Of a stretch of DNA of 64,000 bases, positions 27,183 to 40,150 are shown one piece after another. The position numbers were made by a program, and so were the translations under genes. The notes beneath the pieces were generated by a model, which had not been told where the DNA came from, did not search any database, and saw nothing but the letters and a program-made list of their open reading frames with translations. The DNA comes from Eledone cirrhosa (Eukaryota). Position 1 is the first letter of the stretch; the number at the start of each line of letters is the position of its first letter. Location: contig OZ024744.1 in assembly GCA_964016885.1 (NCBI GenBank), forward strand, positions 42,222,001 to 42,286,000, written 5' to 3'.

Positions 27183-27737
27183 GTATCAAATGGGTATACT
27201 ATTTCTGATATCAAATGGGTTTACTATTTCTGGTATCAAATGTGTATACTATTTCTGGTATCAAATGGGTTTATTATTTCTGGTATCAAATGGGTATATT
27301 ATTTCTGGTATCAAATGTGTATACTATTTCTGGTATCAAATGGGTTTATTATTTCTGGTATCAAATGGGTATATTATTTCTGGTATCAAATGGGTTTACT
27401 ATTTCTGGTATCAAATGGGTATACTATTTATGGTATCAAATGGGTTTACTATTTCTTGTATCAAATGGATTTATTATTTCTGGTATCAAATGGGTATACT
27501 ATTCCTGGTATCAAATCGGTATACTATTCCTGGTATCAAATGGGTTTACTATTCCTGGAATCAAATGGGTATACTATTTCTGGTATCAAATGGGTATACT
27601 ATTTCTAGTGTCAAATGGGTTTACTATTTCTGGTATCAAATGGGTATGTTGTTTCTGGTATCAAATGGGTTTACTATTTCTGGTATCAAATGGGTATACT
27701 ATTTCTGGTATCAAATGGGTTTACTATTTCTGGTATC
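27183..27737. repeat. 25-bp minisatellite, about 22 copies
   Basis: Unit TGGTATCAAATGGGTWTACTATTTC, contiguous, no spacers. Confidence 0.95.
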
Positions 27738-28518
27738 TGTATTGTTTTGTTCCATTTCAAATGTAGTAAATGTACTTCAAGTAATATGTGTACAGTGCTT
27801 AGTAGTGATATTTTCTATAAAATCTGCATATTTATAAGTCCTGGGGTTTAACTAGGTAGTTTTCTGTGATTTTAATCATTTTTAATCATTTCCAAGGTAC
27901 ACGTTGTTATATAGATTGCTTCTGTTTTCAGTTTCCAACTTATGGCTATTACTATTTGCAGATCTTTATATTTTAGTAATTTCTCTATTTCTTTTTGAGA
28001 TCCATTATTGTCTGTTATAACCAATACTTTGATTTGATGGCATTAGTGGTCATTGTCATTTGGCTAATTAACTTTGATATTGTATATATAATATGGTATA
28101 TTTTAAAATATGGTCACTTTGTCATTCTTAAAGATGTTTTCTGGTATATGTTTATTCGATCTCTTTACTGTTGGCATTTCCTCATACCTTGCATATGGAA
28201 TCCCTAAATCTGTCATATTTGTGGATATATAATTTTTTAGCCAAGACTGAGCAGCCAGAAACAGTGTAGTTACTTGTTTCTTCCTCATCTCCACATATTC
28301 TGCCATTATTTAATGTATTCTCTTTCATTAATGGCTCTAAGTGGTTTCTGGTGGAAAGTATTTGGTTCTGTGCCAAAGCTACAAGTGCTTCAGTTATATT
28401 TCTTAATCTTGCTTTTCTTAGCCAGTGCTGTAATTCTTTATGTAGTTTCACTCGGTTCATTTCATTTTTCTTTTAGATATGAGCTATGTATGGGGCTGTT
28501 GTTATAATCACTTTAGAA

Positions 28519-28899
28519 CAGGGTTTCCCAACCTTTTTTAGCCAGTGCCGCCTTTGGGTGCAAACTTTTTAGTCAACGCCCCCCCCCCCCCCGTGAAATT
28601 AAATTTCAAATAAGATACTGAATTCATCTTACATCAAATGGGTACAAAACCTAAAACAAATGTGTGCGTGTGTGTGCATGTGTGGTTGGGCCTTTAATCA
28701 CTAGGGGTCAATTTAAGTTCAATCGCAGAAAGGAATTCAAAACAGCAACAGATTTTTGAAAATCTGAAAGAGAAAAATGCATAAATGCCCACCGCCCACC
28801 TGAGTATATTCACCACCTCCAAATGAAATAAAAACTAGTGCCCCCTTTCAACACAACAGCGCCCACAAGTGGGCGCTACCGCCCATGTTGGGAAAACAG
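28519..28899. mobile_element. hAT (Charlie-like) MITE
   Basis: TIR CAGGGTTTCCCAAC / GTTGGGAAAACAG; imperfect 8-bp TSD CTTTAGAA / CTTTATGA. Confidence 0.7.
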
Positions 28900-29057
28900 C
28901 TTTATGATGACATTTTTTTAATGAGTCTTTAATTTCTCCACAAATTCTGTTATTGCTCTTTCATCTCCTGTTTCTTTTTATTTCTACCCGTGTTTCATAT
29001 CTGTTGGCTTCCTTGAAAACAGAAAGTAGTTTTGAGTTTTGTTCTGTTTTGTAGTTA

Positions 29058-29591
29058 TCATATATGCCAGTGTACAAGTCGACATTTGGAGCCTAGAAAT
29101 ATCTCTCCAAAACCAGAGTTGGACTTATCTGCCAAATATAAAATGTGAACCTTTACTGCTGAGGGGGTAAACAGTGAAACTGTCTGCCCAACACACATTG
29201 TACACCACCTACCATAACTCTAGCAGCCTACCACAATTATTTCCTACTGAATCTCATATCTGTTAAGTCTATTTAACATAGAGATTATAGTAATACTAAT
29301 GACTTGCCATAGTGCATAAGGTAGGTTACCATAGGTTTGTAAAGGTTAAGCTAGGCTGGTTTACTTAGTGAGTTAGAAACCACTTGTGACTCAAATGTTT
29401 TTGAAGAAGTTGTCTTAGCCTTTAGCACACCACTGAATTTTTTTTTATTATTTCCCCTGCAACTGACTTTTGTTTTATAGAGAAGGGGGATGCGGTCTTA
29501 CCCAGTGAATATAGGCCTGAACCTGAATTACACCTCAGAATTTTAGGAGTCAACTTATGCATCAGATTGGCTTGTACGCAGGCATATACTG
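29058..29591. mobile_element. Tc2/pogo-like non-autonomous element
   Basis: TA flanks; imperfect TIR TCATATATGCCAGTGTACAAG / CTTGTACGCAGGCATATACTG; subterminal GTCGAC(TTAT)-like motifs. Confidence 0.6.
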
Positions 29592-29780
29592 TACTTATAT
29601 TAGTTTTTCAATTGTTCTGAACTAATACTTTTATAGCTATAGAGAGGATGTTTTATGATAGTTTCTAGTTGCAGAAAGCTCCTACCTCCCTACATTCCTG
29701 TTAAATATAATCTTTTTATGACAGATTTTCAGTGTTGTATTCCAAATATAGTCATTATTTTTTCTCTCTCTGTTTTCAAG

Positions 29781-29940
29781 AATGACAGTGTAGTTAAGAA
29801 GTTCACTTCACAATCATATGATTTTTCAGTTTAGTTCCACTCTATAGCACCATGGTTAAGTATCTGCTACGATAGTCTCAGTTAAACCAATACCATGTGA
29901 ATGAAATTTGATAGATGGAAACTACAGGAGCATGTTGTGG
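29781..29940 (+). mobile_element. Degenerate tRNA-derived SINE
   Basis: tRNA-like head GTGTAGTTAAGAAGTT...CAGTTTAGTTCCAC; tail GATGGAAACT. Confidence 0.5.
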
Positions 29941-30053
29941 GAGTGTATATATCATCATCATCAACGTTTTTTTCTGTCTGTTTTTCTATGTTTGCATGGG
30001 TTGGATGAATCCTTTTCAGCGTCTCCCTACTCACTGCATTCCTTCACCATCTC

Positions 30054-30127
<74 letters not shown>

Positions 30128-30164
30128 CACACATACACACACACACACACACGCACACATATAC

Positions 30165-30252
<88 letters not shown>

Positions 30253-30355
30253 TGTGTGTGTGTGAAAGTGAGAAAGAAAGAGAAAGAGAGTTAGTTCCAC
30301 AACAAATTACCAAACTATATTTGAGGACACGCGTTTCACCAGAGGGATTTTCTAC

Positions 30356-30388
<33 letters not shown>

Positions 30389-30432
30389 AATAGGATTTAG
30401 CTTCAAGCATAGCTGTATGCAAATATGGATAG

Positions 30433-30639
30433 AAATTTCGTATTTCTAAAGAAACAGTATGTTTACAAGAAACATTTAGGAAGCCATAGCTATGCAAACA
30501 CCAAGACTAACGCCCTCTGGTGGTGTCCCCCTTGCTTCTGCTGGACACCACTAAGGGGTATTAGCCCTGGTGTTTACATAGATACGGCTACCTAAATGTT
30601 TCCTGTAAACATACCGTTTTTTGTTTAGAAATACGAAAT

Positions 30640-30641
<2 letters not shown>
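30433..30641. repeat. About 210-bp imperfect fold-back (MITE-like palindrome)
   Basis: Arms AAATTTCGTATTTCTAAA...GTGGTGTCC / GGACACCAC...TTTAGAAATACGAAATTT. Confidence 0.85.
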
Positions 30642-30733
<92 letters not shown>

Positions 30734-31485
30734 ATTTATAGTTATGTATATAGTATAAACAAGAAGGTCAGTAATTTCTTAATTACCTTATTACCAGTAA
30801 GAGAAATAGCTCAATGTATGAACATCAGTTATTTTACAGAGCAGTTAAATAAATAAATTGATCAAATATAGTCTATGAATATGAATTCATTAAGACTAAT
30901 TTACAATCCATTGCTTTAACTAACTTAAAACACTCAATATAAACATTAACTGAAATTTAATTCAACATATGTCATGGAAAAGTCTGCAAAAACTGTATGT
31001 TTCTCAATACACATTAATTCGAACACCATCAACATTCAACACCCACCAAAGACTCTAATACATTAACATATTTGCTTCAACTGCAGTATTTATTCATCTA
31101 TATATGCATAATAGCTTTGCTTGTCTCATTCTCATGTATATGACTTACACAGTCACACTATCCAGACGCCTGCATATGATTTGTTATCGCACTCTTCCTT
31201 TCTCAAAACTGCTTCCTCAATGCCTCTTTAATATTTGGACTATTCCCTTGTTTTAACTGTTGCATGTATTCCCCTCCGTACTTTTGATTTTGATTTTGAT
31301 TTTAATTTGAATTTTGATTTGAATTTGAACTTGAATGTTTGTACAATTATTGTACAATTCTCGTAAAATATAAGTCACATCCACTCCACCCTGTAAATAC
31401 GAAACTGTTGCTCACAACATCGATTTATATGTATCTATATTATTGTTCAGTTGAATAGGAGGGTAATTATATATGCAAACATTGA

Positions 31486-31538
31486 TAATGCTCCGATGAG
31501 TCCAAACGTGAGTTTGGAAGAAACAATTGTCAGCTATT
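31486..31538 (+). ncRNA. Minimal hammerhead ribozyme motif (U4C variant)
   Basis: AATGCT-CCGATGA-gTCCAAAC gtga GTTTGGAa-GAAAC-AATT-GTC-AGCTATT; palindromic loop III. Confidence 0.65.
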
Positions 31539-31810
31539 AAATGATTTGAACACAACTTTGATAATTGTATAATTTATTTATATATATATATATATATATT
31601 TCGTTTCTTAATTTATTTAGCAAGATTCTTTATCTGAAAACGTGTGTTGAAACCGATATTGTTATGCTTTGGGAGGGTCATGTTGCCAATAGCAAACACA
31701 CGCACCAGTTGCTTCACTCCAATTTATTATAAATTAAATTTATAAATTTAAGAATGAATAAATTTCCGGTTGGTTGGTTGGTTCCATAAGCGAATGGTTG
31801 TTCATATATT

Positions 31811-31853
31811 GTCAAAGTTCTTTCGTCACACATTATGTGACCTCATCAGTGAC
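31811..31853 (-). ncRNA. Minimal hammerhead ribozyme motif in the PLE 3' region
   Basis: GTCA-CTGATGA-g-GTCACA taatg TGTGAC-GAAAG-AA-CTT-TGAC. Confidence 0.7.
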
Positions 31854-32050
31854 TGGGGATTCTTTTCTTTGTTTTTGTGCCTCTCCTTTGTTCTGTCCTA
31901 CGCCATTTTGTTTCTGTGTGTGTGTTGTGTGCTCAGTCTGCGCATGCGCCACATCCGGGTGTCTGTGTGTGTTTATATTTGTTTATTTATTTGTTTATTT
32001 ACATGTTACTGGTTGGTTGTTTGTTCTATGTGTGTGTTTTCATTTTGTCC

Positions 32051-33005
32051 TTAATTGTAAGTTGTGATGCTGCTATTCCATTCATGTTTTCTATTTAATT
32101 TTGGTTGGAGTTCATTTAAGTTTATTGCCTCTGTGATTTGTCTAAACATTGCGTCTTTTCTGTGTGTAGATTCTATTTTTATTTCTATGTTCTCTAATTT
32201 ACCCTTATGTTCTATTTTAGCATGTTGGTAGAGTACAGATGATTCTTTACTATCTTGAAGGTCTCGCCAGTGTTCATTTATCCGTTCCCCTACACTACGG
32301 GCTGTCTCACCTATGTACACTATATTGTTATCTCTACATTGTCCTTCAGTACATCTTATGCTATACACTACATTTCTAGTTTTACAGTTAATATGGGGAC
32401 TTATTTTACAGGTTATACATTTCTTATCTATACAGGGGGCGTCTTTGAAAAGGGTATGTCTTGCTAATAAGTGTTTTACGGAGGTACCTGGTCTTTCTAC
32501 TATCTTAATATTGAGTTTATGTTTATCTAGGGCCCTTCTAAATTTGTAAGCTAATTCACCTCTAGGGGTTGTATCGATGAACATTACACTCTGGTATTTA
32601 TTGCTATCATACCATGAGTTTATTCTATTAGCCTTATTCCTAGTTCTTTCTATTCTATTCCAAAATTTGCTCCTATACAAGGGGCAGGTCCCATTTGTGT
32701 CATTATTTACCATTTTTCCCCATTTGGTTTTGGCTCCTCTATACACTCTGATTTTATCTCTCTGATTGTAACCAGAGAACTGCATACGGTGGATGAAGTG
32801 TTGTATGTGTCTCTCTAGTTCTTAGGGGTTGCACATGCGGGACACGTTTCTCATCATCTGTACCAAATCCGCAATCAGTATGTTGATTTTGGTATGGTCC
32901 GAAACAGCCGAGTTTCGGTGGATCAGATGTTTGGAAGTCATGGGTTTGGCATAATGGGAATGGAGGATTTGTTTTTTGTTATTAATGGTATCTAACCAGA
33001 GCTCT
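32051..33005 (-). pseudogene. PLE C-terminal half: RT thumb, Cys linker, GIY-YIG endonuclease
   Basis: YAKPM, MQFSGY, C...C..C...C..NVVYSIRC...YIGETARS..ER..EH, RQITEA, LNRKHEW. One in-frame TAA at 32822. Confidence 0.85.
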
Positions 33006-33170
33006 GGTTGTGGAACCAACCAACCAACCAGAAATTTATTATAATAAATTGAAGTGAAAGCTACTGGTGCGTGTGTTTCTTATTGGCAACATGACCCTCC
33101 CAAAGTATAACAATATCGGTTTCAACACACGATTTCAGATAAAGAATCTTGCTATACAAATTCAGAAACG

Positions 33171-33883
<713 letters not shown>

Positions 33884-34204
33884 TATATATATATATATAT
33901 ATATATATATGGGGATGGGTGAGTGTTCACGCCTGCTTCAACGTTTATGACATAAAACTTAGACGTTTGACAAAACATGATCATTGAAATAGGTGCCAAA
34001 CTTGGCAAAAATAAGTAGTGGGGTCGATATGATTGACTAAATCCCTTTCTTTAGAACAGTGCCCCAGCATGGCTTCATTCTAATGACTAAAACCAGTAAA
34101 AGTAAAAGAATAATATTCAGTTGCATATATTATAACTACTTCGTTCTGTTTTTTAAGTATATATTTGAAGTGCCTATACTTTTCATACATTTTTATTTTA
34201 GTTT

Positions 34205-34560
34205 TTAGTTTTCTGCTCTGTATAATTCAATAATACCTTTTTGACTAGTCTGTGTTTGGTCTAATTCATTTATCTCAGTTTCTTTATCTGGCATGTCAAA
34301 GTGTTTTATTGTTTTTTTTTCTTTTCTTAAAAGTTCTTTAGCACATGTGTCTAAATCAAATCTCAAATATATTTCTTTAGTACTTCCGTGTACTGTTTGT
34401 AGTTGTGTTTCTGGTTGTTTATCATTTGCAGTATTCAATCTGAAGTAATATGTATATAAAAGAGTGCTGGTTTCTTACAATAGCATCAATATCTTTCTGC
34501 CGTCTGGTATAATATATTAGTTAATGGTGACGGTGCCAAGCAAGAAATGAGTAGAGAGAA
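34205..34560 (-). mobile_element. Highly decayed R4-like RT fragment
   Basis: LRFDLDTCAK and INELDQ resemble MEFGLDKCAK and IRELDQ in 2190-3713. Confidence 0.5.
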
Positions 34561-34982
34561 GGATTTCTTCAAACAGAAAAGTGTTAATATTTTTTTAAAT
34601 AATTCCCTCTTTTGTCTGTATCTGCAGAATTGTTAGACAACAAGATGATTAATGTATCCATTGTTATTTTTGTTGTTTAACCTCCGTCAGTTACAACAAT
34701 GAATTTACCATTTGTTTGATCAACTGAACAGTCTGCTCATGTAATGGATAAACAAGTAGTCGAGCATTCTGCAAAAATGTGTACTCTCAAGAATATTCAG
34801 TATGACATAATGTGTGACAAGACTGGTCCTTTAAAGTACAGGTCAAATTCTTTTTTTTTTTTTGTTATTTCAAAAGCATTCAAATATGTTGTAGTTATTT
34901 AATGTCATTGAAATCAACTTAATATATACACATATATATATGATTTATTGGTAAGTACTTCATAAAGCTGGTACAATGTGAT

Positions 34983-35865
34983 CATCATCCTCCTCATCAT
35001 CATCATCATCATTATTTAACGTCTATCTTCCACGCTAGTATGGGTTAGACAGGAATTGTCCCACTTAAGGCAAGATTGTTCGGATGACCATGTCTCGTTC
35101 GTATAGAACTGTATCTGGCAGATTTTCTACAGCTGGATGCCCTTCCTAACACCAACCACAATTACAGTGTGGACTGGGAGCCTTTTTACCGTGTTTCCTA
35201 CACAACCACATTACAGTGTAGACTGTATGTTTTTTGTCGTGACACCTTCATGACCTCTTTAGTTTAGACTTGATGTTGTGGTACCAATATAACTTTACAA
35301 AGAAAGGGTGGTGTAGGTGGGAGTGGGAGGATGGAGTAGCAGTAGTGGGTTGGGGGTGTATATTTGGTTAGGAGGCGCCTACTGACTGTAGGTTAACTTT
35401 GCCTATAGGGAAGGCAGGTCTTCTGTATTACTGCGTGATGCCAAAGATCTCGATCCAGTGACATTGTCTTAGAGAGATGTAAGTGTGCAAGGTCGCATTT
35501 TATCATGTCGTCCCAGGTTTTTCTTGGTCTATCTACTCCATAACTGCCATCAATTTTGATTGCCCTGCACTTTTTTATACAGCTGTCATCATTCATGCAC
35601 ATCACGTGACCATAACAACATAATCTTCTCTCAAGTAAACATTTAATTTCTCAGTTCTCTCTTAGTTCGTTTATGTTTTGCCGTTCATGTATATTACTAT
35701 TACACATCCAACGGAGCATGCATGCTTCATTCCTTTCCAATCTGCGCAGATCCTCTGCATACACTGCCCATATCTCACTGCCATGTAACATTGTTGTTCG
35801 TATACAAGCATCATACAATCTGCCATTCATTTTTAAAGAGGCCAACAGTGGTATTAGCTCTCAGT
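34983..35865 (-). mobile_element. 3' fragment of the second RTE family
   Basis: GRLYDACIRTTMLHGSE.W...MLRWMC; RPRKTW; DRDLW; 3' UTR like 15572-15980. Confidence 0.8.
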
Positions 35866-35899
35866 GATAGAAATATATATAAAGGGCAAAAGATGACAA

Positions 35900-36340
35900 A
35901 TAACACAAAATAAAGTAATGTTTTTATTTTAACCAGTATTTCAACATCATATTTCAAACTTAATAACCTCTTTTAAAATTTAAAACAAAAAGGCTGCAAG
36001 ACAAAAACGAACGATGTGTTCTTCCTTAACTGGTATCTGGTTCCACACACGTGGAGCAGTCATAGAAGCCCCTCTGCTCCATGTAGTTCTGATCTATTGT
36101 TTATGTGTGGCTTCTATGTGATGATGATTAAAGCCTCTTGAATTCTTAAATTCTCCACATTCCTTTCTGAAACTACTCTCATGATCTCAATGTCTCAGTT
36201 GTGGCACTTGCCAAGATGTTTTTTGACAGATGAAGCGTTCGTTATCATATGCTCTTTGATCCATATATGTACCATCTAGACCGTACTTCCAGCATGACCT
36301 TGTAGACTACAAATGCTCTGATGCAAACTCCTTAGGATTT
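35900..36340 (-). mobile_element. Decayed PLE GIY-YIG remnant
   Basis: Manual translation: VVYK; AGST...IKEH...SSVKKH...LRIQEAL.I...KPHINNRSE, with stops. Confidence 0.55.
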
Positions 36341-36398
36341 ATACAAATATAATTGTATGCAAGTCGGAGAGTATTTTGTGTGTATCTATATCTATCAA

Positions 36399-36506
<108 letters not shown>

Positions 36507-36585
36507 ATATATATATATATATATATATATACGTGGAGAAATATATAAAGGAGAGCAAACCGTTAAAACATGTTTATTTAAAATA

Positions 36586-36625
36586 GCACCTACGTACGTT
36601 TTGTCTGAATGGGCTTCTCAAGGGC
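36586..36625 (-). ncRNA. Degenerate hammerhead motif (U3-A8, G12A)
   Basis: GCCC-TTGAGAA-gcccattcagac-AAAAC-GTAC-GTA-GGTGC, at the expected pLTR position. Confidence 0.4.
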
Positions 36626-37460
36626 ATAAAAAACTAAAAAGCGTTCCTTACATGACCCAGAATGGGTTTTAGAGATAAGTTCACATCACAGTTCATTCTT
36701 CGTAAAAAACATGTATTGATTTTGCAGTAGGTCAAGGGAAATAACTCTAGCCGGTGTTAGGGCAGTGTTCCCCAGGCTACTTTTACCCGTTATTACTTTG
36801 TGGTTACTGCTTTACCATCGTCGATTCACGCAGGGTCAGGGATGCAAAGTTAGTTTCAAGATGTTTGTTTGCTGCGCCTGCCCGCCGGGGTCGATTCATG
36901 CCGGGTCTAGCATGCATGGTTAGTTTCCGGATGTTTTTTGTTAAGGTTTGGTGCAGGGTGACCCGGTTTACGGTTCTCACGCCTCCTTCTTATTCCATCT
37001 GGAGTAAGAGATTTTTAAGCGGTGCGTACAGCTTATCGTCGTTTCTGATCTGCTGTTGATGAGTTCGTGGGGTGCCATTATGATATGGTAGAGCTCCATG
37101 AGGCAAAGCTCGCACTTCCTCTTGAAATTGTATGGTGCTGCTCTGCCGACAATTTCCCGGTATGTAGAGAAGCTGATGTTTGAGTCTTTTAATGCTGTGA
37201 TGTAATTCGCGAGCGAAGTGGAGTGTCTTAGTTTCTTATTTGCGAAAGAGTGGAGATGTGTTCGAAATCTATTTTTGAACGGGCCAGAAGTAGCCCCTAT
37301 ATACTGTTTAACACTATTATGGCTAGTTACGGTGCACCTATAAATAACCCTATCAGTCAAGCAGTTTCCCCTAAGGGGGCAGCATCCCCTGTCACGGCAG
37401 TTGCAATTTCGGTCATAGTCCCTTTTAGTTCCCAAGGTAAGGCTATTATTATTGCTATCT

Positions 37461-37572
37461 GAGTTCAAATCCCGCCGAGGTTGACTTTGCCTTTCATCCT
37501 TACGGGGGTCGATAAAATAAAGTACCAGTAATGCACTGGGTAATTGCTGGCATTGTGCCTAAAGTAGAAACA
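37461..37572 (+). mobile_element. 5'-truncated SINE with 16-bp TSD
   Basis: Near-identical to the 3' part of 10657-10845. TSD ATTATTATTGCTATCT at 37445-37460 and 37573-37588. Confidence 0.9.
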
Positions 37573-38978
37573 ATTATTATTGCTATCTATGTTGTTACCT
37601 ACGCCCCTACACCTGTAATTGGTACCATTATAACCCACTGTGTGCGGGGTAATACCATTATCATTCCGCACGCAGCAGCGTCTTCTGTTATCGTTGGGTG
37701 ACCCGTACGGATCACCTGCATATTCCCCAGTAGTGTCGCGGTTATGTTGGTTGCGTCTGTAATGGCTGTTGCCAGCACTATTGGGTGCTGCTAGGGAGTC
37801 GTTAAGGCCGATATAGTTGTTGTCAGGTGTAGGTGTATCGGTGCTAAGGTGCTGTGTTTTGGTGATCTTACTGTGATTAGTTGTTCCTATGATGTCTGCT
37901 AGGTTAAGAGTAGTAGAGAAGGATATTTTTATATTGTTCCTATTAAGGTTTTTCCTATACTTATGGTTGGGTGGGAAGTTCTTCTCTAAGGCTTCGAAGA
38001 ATATCCGGGGTAAGTCGGAGGCCACACTCCGAGAGAAGGGAGGATGGAACCATAGGACGTTACAATGGCGGTTCCGTGTCGTTGTATGTTTGCTAAGGAT
38101 TGTGTTATCAGGGTGACCGTTCTTATGCATGTTATTGTGCTGTAGCCCGTTACGTGTTCCTTTCGCTTTATGCTCGGGTGCACTCGGCTTCTTTCTGCTA
38201 CGTTTATGTATATGAAGACGCTGGTTGGAAGGCGTTGGTAGTAGACTATCGCCTTTGTTGATCTTATAGTAGGGGAATAATTCAAGTAGGCTGCAGTGAT
38301 CACTATCACCGGGATCGTGTTCCTTATTGTGTGGTAAGCTACCAATACTATCACTTGTGTAATTGACATTGCGGCCGTATTCCCTAGTGCGATTCTCTAT
38401 ACTGTTATTTCTGACCCTTTCAATGCCGCCGCGTGTTCGGTTATAGGTATGGCTTACTATATCATTAGTCTTATAAGAGGGGTGGTTTCTGGAGCTAGCA
38501 TTAGGGATGTAGGAGATTCTTAGCTTAAAACCGGCGCTTAGCAAGGCCCTATTGTAGTAGTCTGCCGCTTGGTTGAAGATATTCTCATTGGCAGAGAGCC
38601 TCGAGATCCTACGTGAGATGCTATAAAATATGGAGGTGAGAGTCTGCTTAGGGTGGTTAGAGGCATAATTAATATAAGATAGGCTCTCTCCGGGCTTATG
38701 GTATGGCTTATGGTATAGGCCTGTACTCAACTCCAGGGTCACGTCCAGGAAGTTGGCAACCTGGTGGTTGAGGTCCATAGTTACGGATAGGCCGTATGAC
38801 TTTAAGAACCTGTGCATTTGATTCTTAAGGTTCTCTATTCTGCGGGGGCTATGGTTCCTAACGGTAAACAGAGCGTCGTCCCTGTATACACCTCCTTGTA
38901 GGGCCGGTATCTCGTCCCTAAGTCTATGGAGGAGGTATATTTCGACCAGGTCGGTTGCTTGCGCCGAGTCACTGGACT

Positions 38979-39030
<52 letters not shown>

Positions 39031-39069
39031 GAATAGAAAGATTTGAATGGATACAGTTTAGTTGAAAGG

Positions 39070-39193
39070 AATTTATTGACACGTGTTTCTATAACAGTTA
39101 CATAACCTAAAACAGCTATCTACAAACTTTTAGTTATGCAGACATTCAATATTTCAATGTTATTATTTACTGTCATTTCATCAGAATAATATT
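39070..39193 (-). ncRNA. Hammerhead motif with 88-nt stem II (3' pLTR copy)
   Basis: Inverse of 43495-43618. Confidence 0.65.
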
Positions 39194-39738
39194 ACTGAGG
39201 ACCTATTTAGTTTTTATAGAGAATATTAGGAGGGAGAGGTGAAGTTGTTAGAAGAATAGTTGAAGGAGTGGTTTTTCGATAGCAGTGAGAATTCTTGGTG
39301 GCAGTGAGTAATTAGATTCCCATCTGTTGTTTTGACATTTTTTATAGAATATATTATTGGTTATTTTTCTAAATCTATAGAAGGATTAGAGATAGTAAAG
39401 ATATGCGTGGTTGGTTTTGTGTTTGCACTTAACATTCAGACTTAAATTTTTCTTTCAAGTGTAGTATTCTTTCACCCACGCATTCACACACAAATATATT
39501 TGCACACCTCTACAAAATACATATACTCACAATTCACATATTCATACTTACATATATATACACATGCATACACATATATATACACACATGTATTCATGTA
39601 CATACATACGCGCTCATGTGTATACATTTTCATACTCAACTTATCTTTATATATACACACGTATAGACACACACATATATACATACATACTCTAGTCCAT
39701 GTGTACACACATACACATACATACACATACACATACAC

Positions 39739-39829
<91 letters not shown>

Positions 39830-40150
39830 CATATACACACATACACATATACACACATACACACACATATATATATATATAAGCACTTTAATACATGAAT
39901 ACACTTACATCTAACTATACACATCAAACATATATATATATTTACTTATTTATATACATTTTCACATATATATACATACTTATGGACGTTTTTAGACACA
40001 TTCATTATCGCATATTTGTACCTATTCTCATCAGCATATCTTTTCATTATTAGTATGGTAATTTAAGGTTATTAATATATGTTGAGAAGAGATTGTTTTT
40101 ATATTTTTCTAACTAGATTAAGGTTTATATAGTTGGGGGATGTCCCTCTT

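Larger units (their letters stand above)
26960..29040 (-). mobile_element. Old degenerate R4-clade 3' fragments (two RLE C-termini), interrupted by a minisatellite and a hAT MITE
   Basis: TEAL..LAQ.Q.LSTRN...CG...ET...SGC..LA; EKLLKYKDL..I...WKLKT; PFDTR...KEKE...Y.DLKYEI...PIV..ALG. Confidence 0.65.
36530..38980 (-). mobile_element. Penelope-like element, 5'-truncated at RT motif B, ORF split by a SINE
   Basis: SSDSAQATDLV...GVYRDDAL...NFLDVTL...WFHPPFS...CNCR..CPL.G.C..VIY.C..YIGAT..FK.R..H. (TA)n on both sides. Confidence 0.9.

Noticed and set aside
27183-27737. CRISPR-like array or repeat membrane protein
   Set aside because: Contiguous 25-bp units with no unique spacers and no cas genes; the ORFs are artefacts of the repeat.
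30310-30350. Hammerhead on the minus strand (GAAAC-GCGT-GTC)
   Set aside because: Only the 3' half is present; the CUGANGA side is replaced by microsatellite.
32051-33019. Selenoprotein-type (Naiad) PLE
   Set aside because: The endonuclease is C-terminal, the only internal stop is TAA, and no SECIS-like hairpin was evident.
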